Shown: positions 1 through 11,194 of the stretch, one piece after another
Layout: every line of letters starts with the position of its first letter
Position numbering within the stretch: position 1 is the stretch's first letter
From: Malacoraja senta
Lineage: Eukaryota
DNA: 64,000 nucleotides
Assembly (NCBI GenBank): GCA_038087875.1
Contig: CM075996.1
Location: forward strand, 1,054,001-1,118,000
Direction: 5' to 3'
Notes under the pieces: model-generated
What the model was told of the DNA's origin: nothing
The model's database searches: none
What the model saw: only the letters and a program-made list of their open reading frames with translations
Translations under genes and position numbers: made by a program

Positions 1-1415
1 ATTTTGTTGACATCCTTCCTATAATTAGGCGACCAAAATTGTACTCCATACTCCAGAATTGGCCTCACCAATGCCTTGTACAATTTTAACATTACATCCC
101 AACTTCTATATTCAATGCTCTGATTTATAAAGGCCAGCACACCAAAAGCTTTCTTTACCACCCTATCTACATGAGATTCCACCTTCAGGGAACTATGCAG
201 TTATTCCTAGATCACTCTGTTCAACTGCATTCCTCAATTCGCTACCATTTACCATGTACGTCCTATTTTGATTTGTCCTGCCGAGATGTAGCACCTCACA
301 TTTATTAGCATTAAACTCCATCTGCCATCTTTCAGCCCACTCTTCCAAATGGCCTAAATCTCTCTGTAGACTTTGAAAATCTACTTCATTATCCACAACA
401 CCACCTATCTTAGTATCATCTGCATACTTACTAATCCAATTTTCCACACCATCATCCAGATCATTGATGTACATGACAAACAACAGTGGACCCAACACAG
501 ACCCCTGAGGCACCCCACTAGTCACCGGCCTCCAACCTGACAAACAGCCATCCACCATTACTCTCTGGCATCTCCGATTCAGCCACTGTTGAATCCATCT
601 TGCTACTCCACCATTAATACCCAACAATTGAATCTTCTTAACCAACCTTCCATGAGGAACCTTGTCAAAGGCCTTACTGAAGTCCATATAGATAACATCC
701 ACTGCTTTACCCTCATCAATTTCCCTAGTAACCTCTTCGAAAAATTCAAGATTAGTCAAACATGACCTTCCAGGCACAAATCCATGTTGACTGTTCCTAA
801 TCAGACCCTGCTTATCCAGATGCTTATATATATTATCTCTAAGTATCCTTTCCATTAATCTCATAGTTTCCATTGCTACTCTGCTTGTTTCCCTTACCTC
901 ACATAATTCCATATCCTTCTCCTTGGTGAATACCGAAGAAAAGAAATTGTTCAATATCTCCCCCATCTTTTTTGGCTCTGCAGATAGCTGTCCACTCTGA
1001 CTCTCTAATGGACCGATTTTATTCCTTGTTATCCTTTTGCTATTAATATAGCTGTCGAAACCCTTTGGATTTACTTTCACCTTACTTGCCAAAGCAACCT
1101 CATATCTTCTTTTAGCTTTTCTAATTTCTTTCTTAATATTCTTTTTACATTCTTTATACTCCTCAAGCACCTGATTTACTCCATGCTGCCTATAATTATT
1201 GTAGATCTCTCTTTTTCCGAACCAAGTGTCCAATTTCCCTTGAAAACCATGGCTCTTTCCAATTTTTACTATTTCCTTTCAACCGAACAGGGACATAAAG
1301 ATTAAAATGTCACCTTTAAATGTCCTCCATTTCTCTTCTACATCCTTCTCATAAAACAACATGTCCCAATTCACTCCTTTTAAATCCTTTTGCATCTCCT
1401 CAAAGTTAACCTTTG
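1..1415 (-). mobile_element. CR1 LINE ORF2 (RT) fragment, internally deleted, runs off the window start
   Basis: ORF 193..1233 has QHGF, DFSKAFDKVPH, SGVPQGSVLGP and YADD. The jump METMRL/MERILRD indicates an internal deletion. Confidence 0.9.
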
Positions 1416-1477
1416 CCCACTAATCACCTATGTGGGACCTTATCAAATGCTTTCTGAAAGTCCATGTACACTACATT

Positions 1478-2438
1478 CTTCAAGCCTCCATTCTAGTCTC
1501 CATTCACCAGGTCAGTTAAGGACGACAGCAGATAACAGAGGTTGATGATCACTATGGACTGGAATAACACATGGTTGAAGATCCCAAAGGCCAATCTTGC
1601 TCCACGTTCTACCTGACCTTCCACACCTGGCGCTGGAGAAGCTGTTGAGGAACAACTTGGTGGAACTTCTTGTGGCCCCAGATCTCCTCCGGATGGTGTT
1701 GAGTCAGAGCCAGACGGGTTTGACAAATTTCTTAAACTCCGTGGATTCTCCCCTGTGAAATGTTGACGATGAAATCCCAAATACAGATGAGAGCGCGGGC
1801 GGGGTGGCTGGTGGCTCTTAAAATGGCCTTTGTTGGACGGAGTGAGAAATTCCGGTGCGGTCCCCACAGATGTGGCTTCAAATCCGATGGTTTTACACGA
1901 ACGGCGCCTCGAGTTCCTGATGTTCATTTTATCTGTTTTATTTTATTTTAGTTTAGATTAATCTGGTTTACTTTAGTTTAGTTTGGATTATATTGTCATG
2001 TGTACTGAGGTACAGTGAAAGGCTTTTGTTGCGTGCTATCCAATCCCTCTTGGGGTTGCACGGGACAATCCACAATGTTTAAGAAATTTGTCAAACTCGT
2101 CCGGCTCTGACTCATCATCTGCCCCAGTGGCATTTTCCTGCAAGTCTTGGGAGGGAAAGTTCCTCGCAAACAGCTGGCCATCACATCAGTCGGCAGATGT
2201 TTCATGTTTTCCCCTTCACACCATCTGGAGGAGATACAGGTCGACAAGAAGTCCCACCAAGTTGTTCCTCAACAGCTTCTCCAGCACCAGGTGTGGGAGG
2301 TCACAGAGAACTTGGAGCAAGATTGGCATTTGGGATCTTCAACCATGTGTCATTCCAGCCCATGGTGACCATCAACCTCTGGTACCTGCTGTCTCGGAAA
2401 CGGACCCGTTAAATGGAGACTAGAATGGAGTCTTGAAG
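1478..2438. repeat. Diverged inverted duplication (arms 1478-1753 and 2061-2438)
   Basis: cttcaagcctccattctagtctccatt at 1478 is the reverse complement of 2412-2438 with 1 mismatch. Similarity continues to the inner ends (gtttgacaaatttcttaaac). The right arm has ~100 extra bp. Confidence 0.85.
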
Positions 2439-2519
2439 GGTCACGATCCAAAACGTCGTCTATCCATTCCCTCCACAGATGCTGCCTGACCCGCTGAGTT
2501 CCTCCAGCTCTTTTTCTTC

Positions 2520-3330
2520 TTACCGAGGAGATTGAAGCTCACCGATCTCCGACAAGATCTCGGTCTGGAAGCACATCTCGGTCGCGGTCTCCCACTCCAT
2601 CGTCTTCAAGGCGGGTCGCAGAGCGGTCCAGGGGCGCTGGATCTATCTACTCGGAGCCAACCTGACCTGTAGATGTTTGTGCGTAGCTGGACTTGCGGGG
2701 ACTTAGCGCCGGTGAGTTTGTGTAACCGCGAACACCATCAATGGAGCAGAATGACACAAGAAAGAGACTCCCCGCCCTCACCCCCCTCATACTCACCCCT
2801 CGCTCCTCTGGACAGGGCGGGTGGGAAGGAAGGAGTGACCCCTGAGAGGATATTTTATTAAATTGGGGGAGAGGGACGATGTCTTTGGCCTTGACCCTTG
2901 GTCGTGTCCGGAACGCAGACCCGGTCAGGCCGGTGAAGCCTCGCTGACCAGTGGGATGACCAGAGCGATGGGTTGTGTCTTGAAGGATCCCTGGCGGGAG
3001 CGCGCCGCTGTCCACTCGCGTCGAGGTTCTTCTCCGGCCATCGCCCACGGACACTGCGGACGCTGCCTGGTCAGCGCCGCCTTTTATAGACACCGCCATG
3101 TCCCGCCCCCCTCGCTGACCATTGGACCTCGCTCCGGCCACGGCGTTCGGCCATGGGGTGAACAGTCCATCCGATAGGCGGAGACCGCTGTCCGTCAAAC
3201 GCCAAACTTCAGCGCCAAACTTCAGCGCGCGATGGACAGCTCGTGCGAAGCGATTGTCCGCTCGCTCCGGCCACGAGCCCCGCGTGACCCCCCCCCCCCC
3301 CCACACACACACACACTGGCGCCAAGCCGG
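2520..3330 (-). promoter_or_regulatory. CpG island with minus-strand CCAAT / GC-box / TATA promoter architecture
   Basis: Minus strand reads CCAAT (3125-3121), GGGGGCGGGA (3110-3101), CTATAAAA (3089-3082) in CpG-dense DNA. Confidence 0.55.
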
Positions 3331-3332
3331 AC

Positions 3333-3860
3333 ACTGAGGGAAATGAGGGAGATGAGGGACACTTGAGGAAGATTTTAATGACCATTGGTCACTGAGGGAA
3401 TGAAGGACAATGAGGGTCAGTTGGTCACTGAGGGACTGCCAGACTGAGGGTCATTGAGGGAGCACCGGACACTGACCGATGTTGAGGGACTGAGGACATT
3501 GAGGGGATGTGGGACATTGAGTGGATATGGGTCATTGAGGGGATGAGGGACCATTGAGGGGATGTGGGACATTGAGGGGATGAGGGACATTGAGGGGATG
3601 TGGGACATTGAGTGGATGTGGGACATTGAGGGGATGAGGGTCATTGAGGGGATGAGGGACATTGAGGGGATGAGGGACATTGAGGGGATGAGGGACATTG
3701 AGGGGATGAGGGACATTGAGGGGATGAGGGACCGCTGCTCATTGAGTGTCTGGTGGATGCTGAGGGAATGAGGCACGCTGAGGCGATGAGGGGCAGCGAG
3801 GAACTGCGGGACAGACGATGCTGAGAGATTTAGGGACATTGAGGGGATGAGGGACCAACT
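3333..3860. repeat. 18-bp minisatellite (gagggacattgaggggat)n with degenerate flanks
   Basis: Tandem units are directly visible and cleanest at ~3495-3732. Confidence 0.9.
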
Positions 3861-4169
3861 CCCGAGGGTGACCCCTCGCACAAGGGAAGGTCCACTCTCC
3901 CAGGGGGCAACATGAGTTCAGGGGGAAAGGGAGATGTTGGTACTACTGCGTATAACACTAGCAATATTGGTTTATCCCCAAAGAACCGCAGATGCCAGTT
4001 TACAAAACAAGACACAAAGTACTGGAGTAACACAACCGGTCAATCTACAAAAAAAGTGCAGAGTGAGAAGGAATTTCTTGCTCCGTCTGGTGGTGCAGAT
4101 TTCTGTACCCTTCACCTCACAGCAGCAGGGAGAAAAGAAGAAGGAATGACCAGTCTGTTTGTTAAATTT

Positions 4170-4590
4170 GTTATGAAGGCCAACATGCCATTCGCTTTCT
4201 TCACTGCCTGCTGTACCTGCAAGCTTACTTTCAGTGACTGATGAACAAGGACACCCAGATCTTGTTGTACTTCCCCTTTTCCTAACTTGACACCATTCAG
4301 ATAATAATCTGCCTTCCTGTTCTTGCCACCAAAGTGGATAACCTCACATTTATCCACATTAAACTGCACCTGCCCACTCACCCAACCTGTCCAAGTCACC
4401 CTGCATTCTCATAGCATTGAGGATGTAGGGTGACTTGGACATTCCAGTGAATACAAGCCCAGTCGACCCATTCTTTCATCATATGTCAGTCCCGCCATCT
4501 CAGGAATTAACCTGTTGAACCTACGCTGCACTCCCTCAATAGCAAGAATGTCCTACCTCAAATTAGGAGACCAAAACTGCACACAATACC
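4170..4590 (-). mobile_element. Rearranged CR1 RT fragments
   Basis: ORF 4112..4399 (QFNVDKCEVIHFGGKN...QQAVKKANGMLAFI). A second CR1 segment at 4442-4590 is out of order. Confidence 0.85.
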
Positions 4591-4664
4591 ACATACACAC
4601 AGCAAAATGTCCTTCCTTTCATACAGGTTGCTGTATTTATCAACCAGGTTAGGTGTACAGATTA

Positions 4665-4926
4665 CAAATACTAGAGGGCATAGCTTTCAGGTGAGAGGGG
4701 GCAAAGTTTAAACGAGATGTGCTGAGCAACTTTTTACAGAGAGTGGTGGTGGTGGAGGCAGATACGATGGTGGTGCTTAAGTGGCTTTTAGACGGCCACA
4801 TGGATATGCAGGGAATTGAGGGATATAGGTTGTGCTCTGGTAGATAAGAGTTGGTCTTGGCATCATGTTCGACACAGACATTGTGGGCTGAATGGCCTGT
4901 TCTTGTGCTGTACTGTTCTATGTTCC
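4665..4926 (+). mobile_element. CR1 3' end fragment
   Basis: agagggcatagcttt...cagagagtggtg...ggcctgttcttgtgctgtactgttctatgttc is a typical CR1 3' terminus. Confidence 0.75.
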
Positions 4927-4977
4927 AGATTCAAGAGGCAGAGAGGCAAATGCTTGAGTGGATGGACGTGTGTTTGC

Positions 4978-5925
4978 TGTGGGTGTGGGCGGTGGGTGTG
5001 GGTGTGGGCGGTGGGTGAGGGCGGTGGGTGTGGGTGTGGGCGGTGGGTGTGGGTGTGTGTGTGGGTGTGGGCGGTGGGTGTGGGGTGTGGGTGGGGGTGG
5101 GCGGTGGGTGTGGGGTGGGTGGGTGTGGGCGGTGAGTGTGGGTGTGGGTGTGGGCAGTGGGTGTGGGCGGTGGGTGTGGGCGGTGGGTGTGGGTGTGGGC
5201 GGTGGGTGTGGGTGTGGGTGTGGGCAGTGGGTGTGGGTGTGGGTGTGGGTGTGGGTGAGGGCGGTGGGTGTGGGTGTGGGGTGTGGGTGTGGGTGAGGGC
5301 GGGGGGTGTGGGTGTGGGTGTGGGCAGTGGGTGTGGGCGGTGGGTGTGGTTGTGGGTGTGGGCGGTGGTGTGGGTGTGGGCGTGGGTGTGGGTGTGGGCG
5401 GTGGGTGTGGGTGTGGGTGTGGGCGGTGGGTGTGGGCGGTGGGTGTGGGTGTGGGCGGTGGGTGTGGGTGTAGGTGTGGGTGTGGGTGTGGGTGTGGGCA
5501 GTGGGTGTGGGTGTGGGCGGTGGGTGAGGGCAGTGGGTGTGGGTGTGGGCGGTGGTGTGGGTGTGGGGCAGTGGGTGAGTGTGTGGGCGGTGGGTGTGGG
5601 TTTGGGTGTGGGTGAGGGTGGTGGGCGGTGGGTGTGGGCGGTGGGTGGGTGTGGGTGTGGGTGGTGGGTGTGGGTGTGGGTGTGGGCAGTGGGTGTGGGT
5701 GTGGGTGTGGGCAGTGGGTGTGGGCGGTGGGTGTGGGTGTGGGCGGTGGGTGTGGGTGTGGGTGTGGGCGGTGGGTGTGGGTGTGGGCGGTGGGTGTGGG
5801 TGTGGGTGTGGGTGTGGGCAGTGGGTGTGGGTGTGGGCGGTGGGTGTGGGTGTGGGCGGTGGGTGTGGGTGTGGGCGGTGGGGTGTGGGTGGTGGGCGGT
5901 GGGTATGGGCGGTGGGTGTGGGGCG
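4978..5925 (+). repeat. G-rich simple satellite (GGGTGT)n with GGGCGGT/GGGCAGT/GGGTGA variants; G-quadruplex-prone
   Basis: ~950 bp of GGG tracts separated by 2-4 nt loops. Confidence 0.95.
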
Positions 5926-6358
5926 GTAGCGTTGGGTTGGGCCAGCCCCACCCCTACTTCACCCATCATGTGCCGTCACCACACCCAGCCTTAAAGCAAG
6001 AATGTAAGAAATTGTGTATCTCTTTGGGCCAAGATCAAACTTTTCAGAGAAGTGGAAGTTGCAAGATGGCACTGGCCCTCTGCGTGCTGGTCCAGAAGAT
6101 CCATTGTACTCATGTGTGGTATTATTTGATTGGACCAAGAACTTGCCCTCTCATCTCATAGATGGTCCAATCCTCCCAATGTTAAAATAAATCACGTGCA
6201 GGTATCCCCCGTACCCGAGAACTGGAGTGTAAGCCAGTTCTACTTCCAAGTGAATTTTACTTCTCCTTTCTTGGGCTGCCCAATGAGCAACCATTGATGT
6301 CCTGATGGGACACCTCCCCTTCCCGCCGTCCCTTACGCGCACGCGCAGCCCCCCCGAT

Positions 6359-6457
6359 GCCGGGTCCGTGACCGGCGCGTGCGCAGACCCCGGTGCCGGG
6401 TCCGTGACTGGCGCCTGCGCAGACCCCAGGCGCCGGGTCCGTGACTGGCGCCTGCGC
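6359..6457 (+). repeat. 36/37-bp tandem repeat, ~3 copies, in the promoter
   Basis: gccgggtccgtgacYggcgcStgcgc(agacccc) starts at 6359, 6395 and 6432. Confidence 0.9.
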
Positions 6458-6529
6458 CGTTGTTGTGGCTGTCGACCTAAGGCGCATGTGCGGTGCGAGC
6501 CCGCGGAAATTTAAACCGATTTCAAAGAG

Positions 6530-6601
6530 TAAATTGGGAGAAAATAATATAGAAAACAATCTCCGCGGCCGGGCTAGAAACAGTAGTCGGGCCGGCGCTC
6601 G
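6530..6601 (+). other. KIF18B: Putative non-coding first exon
   Basis: Lies just downstream of the CHR motifs, with candidate donor CTCG|GTAGGT at 6601/6602. The coding exon at 11195 has a splice acceptor upstream of its ATG, so an upstream exon is needed. The start coordinate is a guess. Confidence 0.4.
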
Positions 6602-8547
6602 GTAGGTACTGAGGGGATGGGAGGCTGCCTGCCTGCCTGTCTGTCTGTCTGTCTGCTAGCGGGGAGGCCAGGGGCGGTCGGAGCCTGTGCGCTAGGCCGC
6701 AGGACGGTTACCTTGAGCCTTCCGTTAAAGGCCGGAGCCCGCGGCCCCGTCCGCCTCCACCGCCCCCCGCCCAGAGTCCTCCTCCCCGACCCACACTCCC
6801 CCACCCCTCGCCCCTCAGCCCCGACCCCACCCTCCCCCCCCCCCCTGAGCCCCGACCCACACCACCCCCCTCCCCTCAGCCCCGACCCCCACCACCACCT
6901 CGTCCCAGGCCCCCTGCTCCGATAATCCTGAAACACAGACACTAACGCCGCCATTCGGCTGGGAACATTTAACTGGGAAAACTAAGTAAATGCGGGTAGG
7001 AAGGAACTGTAGATGCTGGTTTACACTGAAGATAGACACAAAAAATGTGTATCTCAGAGGATTAACTCCAAGGGACATGGAGCATTTGTGGATAATTCAT
7101 TCCACCCTGAAAGTAACTACGTCCAGGGTTATCACAATTTTGGCAGAACTGGGCATCCGCAAGTTTATTCTGGTTAGCCTAAAAGTACTGTTTCAGAGGT
7201 TTTTTTTTAGAATCGTAAAGTGCCCCAAAGCGCTTCACCAGAGAGTTGTCAACACAATATATGACACCGAGCCACATTCTGATACGGGCTTTGCATAATT
7301 TTAATTTGAGTTTTTTTTTAAAGGTTTTTCTCAAATAGAGAATTTGGATTGTAGCCTGCAGAAAGGCAGCTATTGAAATTAAATTATTCATAATGTCCTG
7401 AAAAATATCCATTGATCTGACCTTCACAGCCTTCTGTGTCAAAGTATTGCACAGATTCAGCGCCCTCCGACTAAATAAATTCCTCCTCATCTTCTTCCTA
7501 AAGGAATATCATTTGATTCTGAGGCTATTAGCTCTAGTCCTAGAGCTCCGTCCAAGCTTTTCACTATTCGGTAAAATGAGTAACCCACTCATTCCTGAGA
7601 TCTGAGTTCTGAGACATTTCAAAATTTTAAAAATGTGATTAAGAATTAAGCTTAATTTCTAATTAAAAAAATTAGGCACATAGTTGATCAACTCTAGATA
7701 TTACTTGGATGTGCAATATTGGCAATAATGTTTATGGACTTTAAAATGGTTTACTGAAAAAGAATCTATCATAAAGAATCTAATTTGTGTTTTCCTAATT
7801 TGTGTTTTCCATCGTGAGTACTGAACAATCTGCTCTCTATCAATCTGTTATTTCATAAGATCTATTTTTCACTTCATCCCTCTCTTGAGTGCTGTCTGCA
7901 GCTGAACCAGATTGTTTGTAATCTCCTTGACCTTGGTATTTTGATTCTATATCCTACTAATTGCTATAACTTCAATGCGTCCACCTCATCATCGCCACCT
8001 AAGCTTGATGCATCTGTTACTCTCTTCTCGGGCATTCTGACCTCTGAGTGACTATTCCAGCGATCTCCTGGGCATCCCACTGGCTCGGTAAACCTTGTGA
8101 AACTAGAAAGCATGAGCTCATAAGCACATACTCATAAATGCCATCCAAAATCTCTGTGCTCATTTCCTAAATCATACACCCCCCAATTCACTTGTTAATG
8201 ATTGAACCAAAAATGTTTCCAGTTTAAAATTCTCATCACTGTTTTTAAATTCCTCCATTACCTCATTCCCTCTCTCAGTAATTTCCTTCAGCTTTGCAAC
8301 CCAATTATCTACTCCAATTTTGGCATTTTGCATATCCCTGATATTCATTACCTCATCATTGTCTCCTTTCCCCAAAGTCTTAGCTTCTGAAATTCCTTCT
8401 GAACCCTCGGCAGCGCACCTCATTTTAGGATGCTCAACTTGGGTCTAATCAAGCTTGCTTTGGAACATGCATATGTAAGAAGCATGTGGCCTTGTCTTGC
8501 GAAAATCCTAGGGATGCTTTACTATTGTATTGCTGTTTTATAAATGT

Positions 8548-8832
8548 ACAATAGAAAATAGGTGCAGGAGTAGGCCATTCGGCCCTTCGAGCCAGCACCC
8601 CAATCAGTACCCCGTTCCTGCCTTCTCCCCATATCCCCTGACTCCGCTATTTTTAACAGCCCTATCTAGCTCTCTCTTGAAAGCTTCTAGAGAACCTGCC
8701 TCCACTGCCCTCTGAGGCAGAGAATTCCACAGACTCACCATCTCTGTGAGAAAAAGTGTTTCCTCATCTCCGTTCTAAATGGCTTACTCCTTATTCTTAA
8801 ACTGTGGCCCCTGGTTCTGGACTCCCCCCAAC
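8548..8832 (-). mobile_element. CR1 3' end fragment
   Basis: atagaaaataggtgcaggagtaggccattcggcccttcgagcc is the reverse complement of the 3' UTR seen at 16690-16745. Confidence 0.85.
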
Positions 8833-9436
8833 TTTTGTATAAGAATTATTTATTCTTTTTGACAAATTGTGCATTCTGCAGATCTGCAATTTGGCGCTTC
8901 AAAGTATCAAACCAACAATTTAGTCATGTGGTTGAGAAGCATCATTTAGAATAATGGTCAAAATATTTCCAAATCTACTGTGGAGTTGATTCAATCAAAT
9001 GAAGATCTTAAGGTGTTACAGGGACAGTGGTGTTTCCATTGGTGTCATTTTTAATATTTGTTTCTCATGCTCAACTTTTCTGGATCAAATAGATGTATTG
9101 CATAAAGTCCCTTTAATTGTTCTTGGGTTTTATCTTTATGTTCTTGTTGTAGTCAGCCTTGTCATTTGTCTTGGTAAGGCTCGAAACTAGCCTTTTATGC
9201 AAAGGAATTGCTGCTCACTATGAATCCAATTGCACTGTTCTTAAAGTTGCTTTAAAATTTGAACACATACCTTTTTGAATTTTGCGACCAGTTACTGCAG
9301 TCTGCTTTTTGATTAGATTCCCTCTGCCATATTTTTTCTATGAGGAAGGTTGCAATCATATGATTGAACTGTTAATGTTACCGCCTAATTAATCAGTGGA
9401 TGTCATGGTTTCACAGAGGTGGAGGATACCTCAGAG

Positions 9437-9531
9437 ATAGACAAAAATGCTGGAGAAACTCAGCAGGTGAGGCAGCATCTATGAAGCAAAGGAATAGGTG
9501 AAGTTTCGGGTCGAGACCCTTCTTCAGACTG
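9437..9531 (-). mobile_element. Penelope terminal-repeat mini-insertion
   Basis: Matches the tail at 59814-59906. Flanked by acctcagag/acctctgag. Confidence 0.75.
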
Positions 9532-9585
9532 ACCTCTGAGTATCAACCTCAAAGTGTAGTCATTATAAGGGCATAATTTAAGATG

Positions 9586-9777
9586 TTTAAGAAGGAACTG
9601 CAGATGCTGGAAAATCCCAGGTACACAATAATGCTGGAGAAACTCAGCGGGTGCAGCAGCATCTATGGAGCAAAGGAAATAGGCAACGTTTCGAGCCGAA
9701 ACCCTTCTTCAGTCTGAAGAAGGGTTTCTGCCCGAAACGTTGCCTATTTCCTTTGCTCCATAGTTGCTACTGCACCT
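9586..9777. mobile_element. Palindromic Penelope-tail insertion with 15-bp TSD
   Basis: TSD gcataatttaagatg at 9571-9585 and 9778-9792. Inverted arms are centred on cttcttcagtctgaagaag. Confidence 0.85.
9714..9741 (+). ncRNA. Minimal hammerhead ribozyme core (mirror copy on the - strand at 9685-9712)
   Basis: CTGAAGA-A-GGGT-TTCT-GCCC-GAAAC-GTT. Stem I is only ~2 bp. Confidence 0.55.
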
Positions 9778-10579
9778 GCATAATTTAAGATGATGGTCAA
9801 AGTTAAGATTTGTGTCTGAACCTGCACATCCAATAGATGAACTGTTACATTCAGCCTTTGTAAAATATTGAATAGCTGAGGGGGCGAGAGTGGAGACAAT
9901 ACACTACAATGCCGAGAACTACTGTATATTCGCACTCTGCATTGTCCCCTTGGCTCAATCTATTGTATTAACGTATGGTGTTGTATTGTATTAACGTCTG
10001 TTCTGTTTGGATAGCTTGCAGAACAAAGTTTTTCACTGTACCTCGATGGACCTGACAATAGTAAATCTACAACGTAAGCTGCAATATGACAGGATTAATG
10101 TCTGGTATATTTATTTTGTGGACAATCTGTCATAAATATGCACAAAATGTTAACGCAGACATACGTGGCAAATGCAATGGAGTTAGCTTCAAGTCTGCAA
10201 CTGTTTAACGAGAATGGCCATTGTGAAGTGGATAGTGAGGATACCTTGTTGGTGTAACCCACGTATAATCAAGATGGTATAAAAATGTAGATGTAAATGT
10301 ACATTGTTGGTTTATTTAGAGAAAGATTATATAATGAATATAATTTTCTCAAAGATTTGGGGGGGAAAAACTCAATTGGTTTGCTGCCTAAATATTAATG
10401 TTAGAACTGAGTAAATGAACAGCAAGGCCACATTTAGACTGTTTTGAGAGATTTCCAATCGTGCAGTGGGAACTAGAGTAGAAAGTTGGCAAATGGAAGG
10501 ATTGATGGGGAGGTTGAGGTTGGGAACTTTAAGTTTCAAAGGAACGACAGTCAGGGTGAAGTTAAGGATTATGGTGAAT

Positions 10580-11048
10580 CTGATGGGCTGAAGTGTGTTG
10601 GTTTCAATACCAGGAGTATCATGGGTAAAGCAGATAAACTTAGAGCTTGGATCAGTGCTTGGGATGATGATGTGGCCATTACAGCGATTTGGTTGCGAGA
10701 GGCAACAGGACTGGCAGCTCAATGTTCCAGAGTTTCGATGTTTCAGACTTGAGAGAGAGAGGGAGGTAAAAGAGGTGGAAGGGTTGCTTTACAAAGCAAC
10801 GAGACTGTCATGGCGGTACTCAGAGGTCATATCAGAGGGTTTGTACAGTGAGGCAATTTGGGTTGAGCTCAAAAATAATAAAGTTGCCATCGCTGTAGTG
10901 GGATTACACTGTAGGCAGTGCAAGATCGGGGAATATATATGCTCCCCGATTATGGATAGATGTAAAAGCAAGAGAGTTTTAGTGGCTGACTATAACTTCC
11001 TTAACATTGACTGGGAGTAGCTCAGTGCAAAAGGCTTAGATGGGCAGA
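10580..11048 (+). mobile_element. Old CR1 APE-endonuclease fragment
   Basis: Frameshifted LKCVGFNTRSI..., EAIWVELKN..., ADYNFLNIDW motifs. Confidence 0.8.
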
Positions 11049-11194
11049 TGCTGACTGACCCTAAGCAGATCAAATCCAGTCCAGTACATGTATTGTCTAA
11101 AATATAGTCCAATTTCTTATTTGATTATATTTGCTTCAGCTGCAGGTACAAGAGGAGGCAGGTCCAGAAGAACCATAACCTGTGAATGTGAATC

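Larger units (their letters stand above)
6120..6960 (+). promoter_or_regulatory. CpG-island promoter of the kinesin-8 gene (CCAAT, E2F-like, NRF1-like and CHR motifs)
   Basis: CCAAT/ATTGG at 6129, 6167, 6176 and 6280. TTCCCGCC at 6320-6327. GCGC(G/C)TGCGC repeats. CCGCG-gaaa-TTTAAA at 6501-6515. TTCAAA at 6521-6526. Confidence 0.7.

Noticed and set aside
3187-3242. REST/NRSE-like words (TTCAGCGCG....GGACAGC)
   Set aside because: The left half is degenerate and the spacing is non-canonical; not supportable without a motif scan.
3417-3881. ORFs with SLIPSM / RDIEGM repeats
   Set aside because: Translations of an 18-bp minisatellite.
4978-5925. Interstitial telomere or CRISPR-like array
   Set aside because: The unit is not TTAGGG, there are no unique spacers, and the context is eukaryotic.
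4816-6161. Long ORFs (392, 368 and 177 aa) rich in VG/CG/WV or PT/HT
   Set aside because: Artefacts of the stop-free GGGTGT satellite, open in nearly all frames.
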